A stretch of DNA of 58,723 nt, counting the filler, from Nitrospinota bacterium (GTDB lineage: Bacteria > JADFOP01), in NCBI GenBank assembly GCA_022562795.1. It is 6 parts of 6 records of this genome, joined end to end, with 100 filler letters (N's around TTAATTAATTAA, not from the genome) between each part and the next. Parts side by side here need not be neighbours in the genome. Positions count along the whole stretch, not along the records: positions 1 to 19,700 come from JADFOP010000041.1; positions 19,801 to 39,231 come from JADFOP010000042.1; 4 more parts are not named here. The stretch is one strand, 5' to 3'. Under the pieces are notes generated by a model. The model was not told the origin of the DNA and made no database searches. It saw only the letters and a program-made list of their open reading frames with translations. Made by a program: the position numbers and the translations under genes. The stretch's first letter is position 1. Each line of letters begins with the position of its first letter. Positions 17,808-26,258 of this stretch are shown here, in pieces.

Positions 17808-19304
17808 GTGAGCATCCTCCACGACATTCTGCCGCCTAAAGTCTCCCGCTCCCCTGAGTCCGAAGCCCGCGTAGCCCTGGGTCTCAATCCGCCTAAGGCG
17901 GACTCAGGCGGATTCGGGTGGTGGTGTCACCACTACCTCCCGGATTACTTCAACCTCCCCTCGCCGCCTTTTCACGATGAGATAATTTCCGACCTGGAGT
18001 CCGTCTCAGATCCGCCTGAGGCTGACCACGCACAGCGTATCGTCGTTAGGGCCGCCCCCAGGGAGCACGCCAAGTCGACGCTTTGCACGCTCGCTCTGCC
18101 GCTCCACAGGGCCTGCAACGGCCTCGCCCGCTTCATCGTCATCGTCTCGGACACCGACACGCAGAGCCGGTTTTTCCTCTGGGCCATCCGGGAGGAGCTC
18201 GAGACCAACGAGCGCATCCGGGAGGACTACGGCGATCTGGTCGGCCGCAAGTGGACCGAGACGGAGATCATACTTGCCAACAATGTAAAAATTTTGGCCC
18301 GCGGCGCAGGTGCGAGCATGCGGGGCATAAGACATGGGCCATACCGGCCCGACCTCATCGTGGCCGACGACCTGGAGAACGACGAAAACATCGAGAGCCC
18401 GCTTCAGCGTGAGAAGATGACCCGCTGGTTCGACCGCACGCTCTTGAACTGCCTCGCCCCAGGGGGCTCGATGCTCGTTGTGGGCACGGTCCTCCACTAC
18501 GACTCGCTTCTCTCCCGGCTGCTTAAGCGCGGAGCAGACCCCCGTGGGGGGTTCAAGGCCAAAAAATACGCCGCCATCTCCGCCTCAGGCGGACCCCTCT
18601 GGCCGGAGCGCTGGCCCATTAAGCGCCTGGAGGCCAAGAAGCGGCAGATCGGCCTGGCGGCCTTCGAGCAGGAGTTCCAAAACGAGCCCCTCGACTCCGA
18701 GGCCCGCATCTTCCGGGAAGAGACTTTTGCTTACTACACGACCGAAGACATCGCCAGCAAGCAGCTCGCTACTTACGGCTTCATTGACCTCGCCATAAGC
18801 GAAAAGCAGACGGCCGACTACACGGCGCTCGTGACCATCGGCGTAGACGAAATGGGTAAGATTTACGTCCTCGACTACGTAAGGCGCAGGATGCCGATCG
18901 GAGCCCAGGTGCAGGCCTGCTTCCACGCCTACGACCGATGGGAGCACACGGCCCTCGGCGTAGAGGTCATCGCTTACCAGCGGGCCTTCAAGCAGCTCCT
19001 CGACGTTGAGAGCGCCAAGACGAGCAGGTGGATTCCTACGGTCGAGGTCAGGCCCGACGTGGACAAAGTCCGTCGCATCTCCACCCTGGCCCCTCTCATC
19101 GAGCGCGGCGACCTACTCTTCAGGCGAGAGCAGACGGAGCTGGTAGACGAGCTCCGCCACTTTCCCAAAGCACCCCACGACGACCTGGCCGACGCCCTCC
19201 ACGGGGCCGTCAACGTCGCCCGCAGGCAGGCGGTCGGCGTCATCGAGTTTAGGACGGTGGACCACAGGCGGGTCGGTAAGTCGCCTGCAATGGCCCGGTT
19301 TTGA
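17808..19304 (+). CDS. Phage terminase large subunit
   Basis: Walker A APREHAKST, RPDLIVADDLE Walker B, VGTVLHYD, nuclease IDLA and HDDLADA. Confidence 0.93.
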   Translation: MSILHDILPPKVSRSPESEARVALGLNPPKADSGGFGWWCHHYLPDYFNLPSPPFHDEIISDLESVSDPPEADHAQRIVVRAAPREHAKSTLCTLALPLHRACNGLARFIVIVSDTDTQSRFFLWAIREELETNERIREDYGDLVGRKWTETEIILANNVKILARGAGASMRGIRHGPYRPDLIVADDLENDENIESPLQREKMTRWFDRTLLNCLAPGGSMLVVGTVLHYDSLLSRLLKRGADPRGGFKAKKYAAISASGGPLWPERWPIKRLEAKKRQIGLAAFEQEFQNEPLDSEARIFREETFAYYTTEDIASKQLATYGFIDLAISEKQTADYTALVTIGVDEMGKIYVLDYVRRRMPIGAQVQACFHAYDRWEHTALGVEVIAYQRAFKQLLDVESAKTSRWIPTVEVRPDVDKVRRISTLAPLIERGDLLFRREQTELVDELRHFPKAPHDDLADALHGAVNVARRQAVGVIEFRTVDHRRVGKSPAMARF

Positions 19305-19526
19305 TGATGAAGGCTGTTTAGCTCCAGGAATCCGCCTCAGGCGGACCTGAGGCGGACGACCCCGACTACTTTTCTATGCGGTTAAAAATATAGGTGCAAT
19401 CGATATATTATTTATAGACTATGCAAATAATTATTAAGTTATCGAATAGTGGTTGACATTTCGTTTGAAGAGCGCACCTTTTTAGTTAATACCAGTTTCC
19501 AGACCAAGCTCAATATAAGCAGAAAT

Positions 19527-19610
19527 CCGCGAAGCTGACCGGAAGGGGAGAAGTCAGTGGCGTGAAGCTTACAGCCGAGTTGCCCTTAAAAGGAATTAAC
19601 TCGGCTTTCT
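19527..19610 (+). promoter_or_regulatory. Structured leader: hairpin plus intrinsic terminator (copy 2)
   Basis: ctgac/gtcag stem with a GGGGAG loop, then agccgagtt/aactcggct stem and a T-rich tail. TTGACA at about 19453. Confidence 0.65.
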
Positions 19611-19657
19611 TCATTTTGAATGATAACCAACATGTAAGTGGTGTCTGAAGGTACAAG

Positions 19658-19700
19658 ATGAAAGATACAAAGAAGACCAAAGAGCAACTCGTCAATGAAT
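19658..19700 (+). CDS. 5' fragment of a probable PAS signalling protein (cut by contig end)
   Basis: MKDTKKTKEQLVNE, an N-terminus typical of PAS sensor proteins. Confidence 0.5.
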
Positions 19701-19800
19701 NNNNNNNNNNNNNNNNNNNNNNNNNNNNNNNNNNNNNNNNNNNNTTAATTAATTAANNNNNNNNNNNNNNNNNNNNNNNNNNNNNNNNNNNNNNNNNNNN
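19701..19800. other. Artificial contig linker
   Basis: N44-TTAATTAATTAA-N44 with stops in all six frames. Confidence 0.98.
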
Positions 19801-19997
19801 GGCCGTGGAAGAAGGGAAGAGGAGCCAACTTATTAAAGAACTTGGAGAAGCGAAGGAAGAGGAATATGCCTCCTTCCGCTTCTACTCAGACTTGTCGGTA
19901 ATTTCAGGAACAATGGAAGGAGAGCTTCAAGTTAGCATAGTGTAAGCAATTGCTTCTTACAAAATTTTTATTTCTACACAATTAGGAGGGTAATGTT

Positions 19998-21002
19998 GTG
20001 AGTGAGACCGATCTTGCTAAAGCCGCGCATAATGTCATTCGAAATTCTTTGAGGGTCCGAAAAGGAGAACAAGTTGTAGTTGTTATTGAAGAAGATAGGA
20101 TTGAAATAGCCAAAGCCCTTATTGTTCCTGTTATGGAGCAAGGCGCGCAGATTACTTTTTTACCAATATTTAATGAGTGGCGCGATTTCCATAGGCAATT
20201 GGAAAAGCCTCTTGAACTTACTATTTCTTCACAGAACACGCTAAAATCAGCAGATGTGATTATTTCCATAATAGAAGCTAATGTAGGTGAAGTGGGATTC
20301 CGCAAAAATATTTTACAATATGCACAAAGTCAGCCTTGTCGGATTGCTCATATGCCAGGTGTTACGGTGGAAGATTTCCGTGATTATCTGAAATTTGATT
20401 TCACAACCATATGGAAGAAGGGTGAATTACTTAAAAGCTTACTAGTAAAACATGTTGGAAAAGTTATGCATATTAAGACAGATTTCGGAACAGATATCAA
20501 GCTTAAAATATCTGATAAGATTCATATTAGTTCGGGTATTATTGATTCACCCCACCGTTTCGGAAACCTTCCTGCCGGAGAGGTTTACTTTGTACCTGAA
20601 AAGAATTCTGCAAACGGCCATGTTGTTATTGATTTGGCTAGGCCAGGTCGTGTTCTTGAGGGTGAGGATACTGTCGAATTTGATGTAAAAGATGGTCTTA
20701 TAGAACCTATCTCTGGTCAACCTTATAATGCATGGCCTGAGTTCAAAGAAGTACTATCACGTCGAGGAGCTAATGTATTAGCAGAGGTAGGTATTGGTCT
20801 TAATGAAGATATTAAATCGCCAACGGGTCGGGATCTAATTGACGAGAAAATGGCAAAAACCATGCATTTTGGTATTGGTGATAATGTAATCTTCGGTGGA
20901 TGGAACGAATCGGAGGTTCATCTTGACCTAGTTTTTTCTAAACCAACCGTACGCATTGATAATGAAGTAATAATGTCTGAGGGTAAAATAGAAGGTATTT
21001 AA
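19998..21002 (+). CDS. Aminopeptidase, M29 family
   Basis: AHMPG, GNLPAGEV, AEVGIGLN, DEK...HFGIGDN..FGG...HLD. Confidence 0.9.
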   Translation: MSETDLAKAAHNVIRNSLRVRKGEQVVVVIEEDRIEIAKALIVPVMEQGAQITFLPIFNEWRDFHRQLEKPLELTISSQNTLKSADVIISIIEANVGEVGFRKNILQYAQSQPCRIAHMPGVTVEDFRDYLKFDFTTIWKKGELLKSLLVKHVGKVMHIKTDFGTDIKLKISDKIHISSGIIDSPHRFGNLPAGEVYFVPEKNSANGHVVIDLARPGRVLEGEDTVEFDVKDGLIEPISGQPYNAWPEFKEVLSRRGANVLAEVGIGLNEDIKSPTGRDLIDEKMAKTMHFGIGDNVIFGGWNESEVHLDLVFSKPTVRIDNEVIMSEGKIEGI

Positions 21003-21439
21003 ACCAAAGTTTTATAACGTTGATGTGTCTTCAGAAAATTTATCTTGGTAATTACTTCTTGACCAATGCTACCAATGCTAAGGGAAAAAATATCCTAATA
21101 AACCAAATAAAGGGAGCAGAGAAGTTAACATCACCATTACTCAGTCTACCACCATACCACTCCGGAATTGTCAATGCTCTGCTCATAGAACCTACTCTTA
21201 AAGTAGTTTACCCAGTTGGCTCGATTGGGCAGTTAGTGACCTGCCCCCATTCATTGTACCACCTTCAGAGTTAGAGTTCTATGCGTGGAACGTCACCCAA
21301 GTATAGAGGGTTTGATTATCCCAGGTAATCTTAACTCTGGGCATCCAACCGAAAAGTTCATATTTCAACAGTCATTGCCCCTGGAGGCAGAGGAGTGTGG
21401 GGGGCAACTACATCGTGATATATGCACTTTGAGCCTGGT

Positions 21440-22102
21440 TCAACGTGCCAATGCTTTGCTTGCTCTCAGCTTAAGCTGCGATAGCTCCTCGTGCAGCTTA
21501 TTGTCGATACTTGTCAACACGGCGCATCCCTCAACTGCCTCAAGGAATTGAAATATACTGAGGCCGTATATTAAAAAAGTGTATAACCTCGAATGGGTAT
21601 CGTCGATCGGGCCTGTGGCAATAGTAATCCTCTGGTCGTCTATGCGCACGTAAAAACCAGAGAACCCGGCTACTGGGTTTCCATGCTTCACTTGAGAGAG
21701 CACCCTGAACGTATTGAGTTGGGATTCTTTCATTGTTGGGTCATGGACGTATACCTCTTCAATTTTGCTCTTAACCGTCCATGGTTGGCGGGTTTCTGAA
21801 TTATGTTCCAGCCATTTAGTAGCACGCTCTACCTTATCACCGATGTACAGGATATCCAGTCTTAGCTCGAACTGTGATAGTGCAATGATGGCCGCTTCTG
21901 CATGAAGGCCATGCTCAAGGAGGATTTCAATAGCAGCCTGAGAGCTTATGATACGAGAAAGAATCATTAACTGAACTGCATAAATTTTATTTGCTGTGGG
22001 ACCTTCAGAGCTATTGGAAATGGAACAGAGATGGTCATTACAATACTTTCTGGCAATCTGCGAAATTTCGAGAAGCTCGTTTAGCTGCTCGGTCATTATC
22101 AA
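21440..22102 (-). CDS. DUF5677-like (HEPN-like helical) protein
   Basis: AAIEILLEHGLHAEAAIIALSQFE...FRVLSQVKHGNP. AT-rich. Confidence 0.6.
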   Translation of the reverse strand: MIMTEQLNELLEISQIARKYCNDHLCSISNSSEGPTANKIYAVQLMILSRIISSQAAIEILLEHGLHAEAAIIALSQFELRLDILYIGDKVERATKWLEHNSETRQPWTVKSKIEEVYVHDPTMKESQLNTFRVLSQVKHGNPVAGFSGFYVRIDDQRITIATGPIDDTHSRLYTFLIYGLSIFQFLEAVEGCAVLTSIDNKLHEELSQLKLRASKALAR

Positions 22103-22300
22103 CGGCTCTAATAGCTAGGCTTTTCTTATAGGTTTGCAAACCTTACAACGTTGTGCTTAATCACGCAAGCGTTTGTCCCGACCTTGTAAGAAGCATGCCG
22201 CCCCACCCGTCCCTTTTTATGAGGCAGCCTAGAAGGTATAATGTAACAACATGGCGATCGAAAGGGCATGGCTTTCCCCTGAGCCGGAAACCTTTTGCGC

Positions 22301-22520
22301 CGGGGTCCGGGGCGACCCCGACTACCCGGGGATGCGGACCGGGAGTCGCAAGCGACCTTTGGTCGGCCCGACTACCCGGTTTTATGCGGACAGGGATAAA
22401 CCCTGTCCCTACAGGGTCTGTCTCAATGTAGGGACGCCCCTTGTGGGTGTCCGGCCTTTAGGACAGGAAGTTGTGCCGGGGTGCTGCAGGTCCGCCTGAG
22501 GCGGATGAACCTGTCCAGGC
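22301..22520. repeat. GTAG-family REP cluster
   Basis: ggggtccggggcgaccccgactac, cggacagggataaaccctgtccctac and gtagggacgccccttgtgggtgtcc. Confidence 0.8.
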
Positions 22521-22919
22521 CTACGTGCGCCAGACGTTGCCGCACGCGGAGCAGTGGTAGCAGCCTATCGCTTCGCGGTACTCCGGGTTGGGGGCGGAGC
22601 ACAAGGTGCAGGCCGTGCCGGCTTCGCCGGCGGGGGGCGCGTCGGGTTTCGGGGGCGGCTCCGAGCCAGCTTCGCTGGCGGGGGGCGCGTCTGGTTTCGG
22701 GGACGGCTCCGAGCCGGGGAAGAGCTTTACTACATTTTGGGCCTTTAAGCCCTTCGTGTCTTCGATAACCTCGAACTCCACGGCTTGCCCTTCGGCCAAA
22801 GTCTTAAAGCCCTCGTCTTGGATAGCCGAGAAGTGGACGAAGACGTCCGGCCCTTCCTCACGTTCTATGAAGCCAAACCCTTTGCCCTCGTTAAACCACT
22901 TTACAGTTCCTTTCTCCAT
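22521..22919 (-). CDS. Cold-shock protein fused to Pro-rich linker and C4 Zn ribbon
   Basis: [15 protein letters not shown]...DVFVHFSAI, then a 16-aa repeat x2, then CTLC...CSAC. Confidence 0.92.
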   Translation of the reverse strand: MEKGTVKWFNEGKGFGFIEREEGPDVFVHFSAIQDEGFKTLAEGQAVEFEVIEDTKGLKAQNVVKLFPGSEPSPKPDAPPASEAGSEPPPKPDAPPAGEAGTACTLCSAPNPEYREAIGCYHCSACGNVWRT

Positions 22920-23366
22920 TGCGTATCACCTCCTTTCCTTAAGCATTTTTGAAACGAGACGGACCGGAGGGCGATAAAAAAACCGCACGGCGTACAACAG
23001 ACGCCTGTGCGGTGGCCTGTCGTTCCTACCAAGTCTATCTCTTACAAACATCATAATAGCGCACGAGGCGGCACAAAGCAATAATTATTTTTGGGTCTTA
23101 GGTGCTAATATTTCCCAGGTAATCTTAACTCTGGCCATCCAACCGAAAAATTCATATTTCATCAGAAATTGCCCCTGAGGCCCACCTTGTGGCCTCCAAG
23201 CCGTAATCCCGAAGGCCCCAGTGGGGGGGCGAGGTTACAGCGCATTGGACCGACTCATCCTCCAGGGGGACGTGAAGTGGGTTGGCTTACGCGGATGTTC
23301 GGTCCCCCTTGACTGGCGATGGCGGCGTGGTAAGCTTCCCCAAGGTTCAGGATTGAGGAGGTCACC

Positions 23367-23702
23367 ATGCTCATCGCCACTCGGTGCAAGAAAGATGGGG
23401 AGCCAGTTTGTCTCAATGACGATGTCCGGGACCGGCATAAATGGGAGCTCCTCGGAACAGCCTCTCACGATAGACCCATGTCGGATGACCTCAATGCCAT
23501 CTGTGAGGCTTGTGACGATTGGGACCCAATCCATAAAAAGCCGGAGAGCCGCATCTTCTACGCCTGCGACGTCGTGGACACACCAATTTGCCCCCACCAC
23601 GAGGTGATCCTTGCCTTTGTCGAGTCGGAGGATGCCTACATTACCCGCTTCGATGACCTCTGCCGCCCCTGCCGCCTCTTCCATCCCCCGCAAGGCGTCT
23701 AA
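23367..23702 (+). CDS. Small Cys-rich hypothetical protein
   Basis: GAGGAGG RBS and upstream TTGACT-16-TAAGCT. Eight Cys including CEAC and CRPC. Confidence 0.65.
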   Translation: MLIATRCKKDGEPVCLNDDVRDRHKWELLGTASHDRPMSDDLNAICEACDDWDPIHKKPESRIFYACDVVDTPICPHHEVILAFVESEDAYITRFDDLCRPCRLFHPPQGV

Positions 23703-23737
23703 TAAGGCGTTACCTTGGGCCATCATCGCTTGCCCCC

Positions 23738-24156
23738 TGTAGGGACACAGCCTTTATGGCTGTCCGGCCTTTCGTCCTTCTAACCCGCGGACAGGGTAAA
23801 CCCTGTCCCTACATCAAACAAAAAAATCGCCCCTCATTCGGGAAGTACGGGAAGTGCGTGACGACAGGGCTGGCTGTTCTTTGGTATTAAAGATGTAGGG
23901 ACAGCCTTTAGGCTGTCCGGGTTTTCTTTGCGGACAGGGCAAACCCTGTCCCTACAGGGTTTGTTGGTGTCGGGTGCTGCAGGCAGCCTTTGGCTGGGTC
24001 GCAAGTCCGCCTCAGGCGGAGTCGGCCCTGTCCCTACACGAGCGCAAAACCATGTAGGGACAACCTTTATGGCTGTCCGGCCTTTATGGCATTAAGGTCT
24101 GCTGGGTGGTGTCGGGGTCCGGGGGTCGCAAGCGACCTTTGGTCGCCCGACTACCC
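23738..24156. repeat. GTAG-family REP cluster (inverted pairs)
   Basis: gtagggacagccttta(t)ggctgtcc ... ggacaggg.aaaccctgtccctac repeated about three times. Confidence 0.85.
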
Positions 24157-24345
24157 TTAGTGCGGAGGCAATCCATGTCGCCAGGTATCGTCCAGCCTCA
24201 GCTGTTCACAAATAGGAGAGGCACCCCCTTTGGCTCTTCGACCTCCTTGACGGGCCGATTTTCCGCGATTTTCCGCGATTTTCCGAATACAAAACCTCTG
24301 CAGGGCTGGCCGAACGGGTTAGATTTTTGGTACAATGCTTCTGCT

Positions 24346-24624
24346 ATGGTGCGGGTGGAGCATACCGATGGGGATGAGCGGGACCTGATGCCCGAGAGGT
24401 TCGTCCTGGCCGGGCGAGACCTGGAGGTGGAGGCGGTCATAGACCGCTGGTTCGGCCCGGTCTACACCTACTTCACGGTGCGGGCGTCCGATGGCCGCAC
24501 CTACAGGCTCAAGCACGACCGGTCGGAAGATAGCTGGGAGCTCCTCTTCACTGAAACCGACGCCCCGGAGCCGCCGGCCCCCACCTGGCCCTTCACCCGC
24601 CCCCAAGGGTCCCGTCCGGGTTGA
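24346..24624 (+). CDS. Small conserved-type hypothetical protein
   Basis: PERFVLAGRDLEVEAVIDRWFGP..TYFTVRASDGRTYRL.....WEL. TACAAT lies 9 nt before the ATG. Confidence 0.7.
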   Translation: MVRVEHTDGDERDLMPERFVLAGRDLEVEAVIDRWFGPVYTYFTVRASDGRTYRLKHDRSEDSWELLFTETDAPEPPAPTWPFTRPQGSRPG

Positions 24625-24662
24625 GACCGGCTGGGCTCCTACTGGCGTTCTCTCTCCCAGGG

Positions 24663-24690
24663 TTGACAACCCCCGCCGCCAACCTATAAT
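24663..24690 (+). promoter_or_regulatory. sigma70 promoter of the tRNA
   Basis: TTGACA-16-TATAAT. Confidence 0.85.
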
Positions 24691-24721
24691 GATTTTTGGA
24701 ATAGCCGGTTAGGCCATAGGT

Positions 24722-24807
24722 GCCGAAGTGGCGGAAATGGCAGACGCGCCATCTTGAGGGGGTGGTGGGCTACGCCCGTGGGGGTTCGAATCCCCCCTTC
24801 GGCACCA
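24722..24807 (+). tRNA. tRNA-Leu (GAG)
   Basis: Acceptor stem gccgaag/cttcggc, anticodon arm ccatc-ttGAGgg-ggtgg, long variable arm, GTTCGAATC and encoded CCA. Confidence 0.95.
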
Positions 24808-24870
24808 TTTTTGAGTTTTTTAGTATGGAGGAACGGCCGCCCTCTCTGGGGGCGATTTTTTTATGGCGGC

Positions 24871-26082
24871 CTACGCCCCGTATCTCTTCAGCCGCTCGGC
24901 GTGGGCCAGAAGCTGGGGCATGAGCTCCACTCCCCTAAACCGTCCCAGGCTGCCCGTGGCGCAGGCCCGCTCGGTGAAGTTCGGCAGGCCGTCGGCCCGG
25001 CAGGTGGGCGACCAGATGAGCGCCGGTACGGGGTGCCAGCTGTGGGTGCGTAGCTTGGACGGGGTCGAGTGATCGCCGGTTACGGCGACGGCCGCGAAGG
25101 CCTCAAGCGGGATGGTGGGGATGAGGGCGTCCACCTCCTCGATGACCCGGACCTTGGCATCGAAGTCACCGTCCTCGCCCCGGCTGTCGGTCGGCTTGAC
25201 GTGACAGAAGAAGAAATTATAGCGATCGAGCGCGTCGCCCAATGCCTCGAAGACCTCCTCGGTCCGCTCCAGCCCCTCGATGACATCCATCCCCACGAGG
25301 CGGGCCAGCCCCTTGTACATCGGGTAGGTGGCGATGGCGACGGGGTTTAGCTTGAAGACCTCCTGCATCTGGGGGAGTGTGGGCTTCCTGGCCGCTCCCC
25401 GCATGATGATGGCGTTGGCCGGATGATCGTCGGCTAGAATTTCGGCGGCCTGGCGGGTGAGCTCGTTTAGCGCTTCCGCAGTCCGGGCGGCCTCGGGGCT
25501 TCCATCGGTCGGGATGGCGGCCAACGGCGGGAGCCCTGTGCTTTGTGGGTCGGTGCCGGTGACGGCATCGCTCAGGCCCTGGCCCCGAAGCACCACCGCC
25601 GCCCGGTGCTCCTTCTCCGGCCGGACGTAGACCTCTACTCCCTCGATGGCGACGGCTTTCTCCAGCTTCTTACAGAGCTCCGCGCATCGGCTGGTCTCAA
25701 TGCGTCCCGCCCGGCGGTCGATGATGGCCCCGGCCTCGTCGCTCGTCGCGAAGTTCATCCGGATGCCGATGTCATCGGGCTCCATGGGGAAATTCACCCC
25801 CGCGCATGAGAGCGCCCCCCGCCCTATCAGGTGGGTGAATGGGTCGTAGCCGAAGAGCGCCAGGTGGCCGGGCCCGCTGCCGGGCGTGATGCCCGGGGCC
25901 ACGGGGTCCATGAGGCCTAGGCTCGAGTCCGCCGCGAGGGCGTCGAGGTTGGGTGTGTTGGCCGCCTCGAGCTCGGTGGGGCCGCCCGGCCCCATGGCGA
26001 GCCCGCCCAGCCCGTCGAGCACGAGCAGGAGGATTTTCCGGTCGTTCTCTTCGGCCAGCTCCTGGAGAATCCGAAGGTCCAT
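24871..26082 (-). CDS. apgM: 2,3-bisphosphoglycerate-independent phosphoglycerate mutase (ApgM type)
   Basis: LDGLGG...TELEAANTPNLD, TPGSGPGHLALFGYDP, TGDHSTP, HSWHPVP. Confidence 0.93.
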   Translation of the reverse strand: MDLRILQELAEENDRKILLLVLDGLGGLAMGPGGPTELEAANTPNLDALAADSSLGLMDPVAPGITPGSGPGHLALFGYDPFTHLIGRGALSCAGVNFPMEPDDIGIRMNFATSDEAGAIIDRRAGRIETSRCAELCKKLEKAVAIEGVEVYVRPEKEHRAAVVLRGQGLSDAVTGTDPQSTGLPPLAAIPTDGSPEAARTAEALNELTRQAAEILADDHPANAIIMRGAARKPTLPQMQEVFKLNPVAIATYPMYKGLARLVGMDVIEGLERTEEVFEALGDALDRYNFFFCHVKPTDSRGEDGDFDAKVRVIEEVDALIPTIPLEAFAAVAVTGDHSTPSKLRTHSWHPVPALIWSPTCRADGLPNFTERACATGSLGRFRGVELMPQLLAHAERLKRYGA

Positions 26083-26258
26083 GGGCCACGCTCCTCTCGG
26101 GCGGGAAGGCTCTGTACTCTTACACCTCTTCCGGAGGGGTTGTCAATGGGCCGGAGCTTATGGCTGGATGTCGCGGGCGGTCGGCTCCAGGGGCCGGATG
26201 CGCGTGGCCCCGGCCTAATCGCTTGCAAAATATTATCTCTTATGCTATTGTTGTTTCA

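Larger units (their letters stand above)
11023..19304. mobile_element. Defective Mu-like prophage remnant
   Basis: Divergent repressor, CII-like, HTH_17, M15 peptidase, membrane proteins, gp26/gp27-like genes and large terminase in Mu-like order. No transposase, integrase or structural genes seen. Confidence 0.82.
21319..23177 (+). repeat. ~65-bp imperfect direct repeats (21319-21383 and 23113-23177)
   Basis: tcccaggtaatcttaactctgg(g/c)catccaaccgaaaa(g/a)ttcatatttca...attgcccctg occurs at both sites. Confidence 0.85.

Noticed and set aside
19527-19585. Calling the leader a canonical c-di-GMP-I riboswitch
   Set aside because: It lacks the GGCAAA...GNRA...GACGCAAAGC core and the second stem. 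Kept only as an unassigned motif.
19701-19800. Repeated TTAATTAATTAA palindrome within N runs (five places)
   Set aside because: Artificial six-frame-stop linker. ORFs ending in ...XXLIN are artefacts, and adjacency across linkers is meaningless.
23235-23726. 163-aa minus-strand ORF
   Set aside because: Overlaps 23367-23702 (+), which has the RBS and promoter.
22301-24156. Possible CRISPR array or integron attC array
   Set aside because: Repeats vary in sequence, orientation and spacing. No cas or integrase gene is present and no clear RYYYAAC/GTTRRRY pairs were seen. They fit REPs better.
24722-24807. tRNA-Leu as attachment site of an island
   Set aside because: No duplicate of its 3' end and no integrase seen in the window.
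25953-26258. N-terminal extension of the methyltransferase ORF
   Set aside because: Overlaps the apgM start and the divergent promoter region; low-complexity translation.
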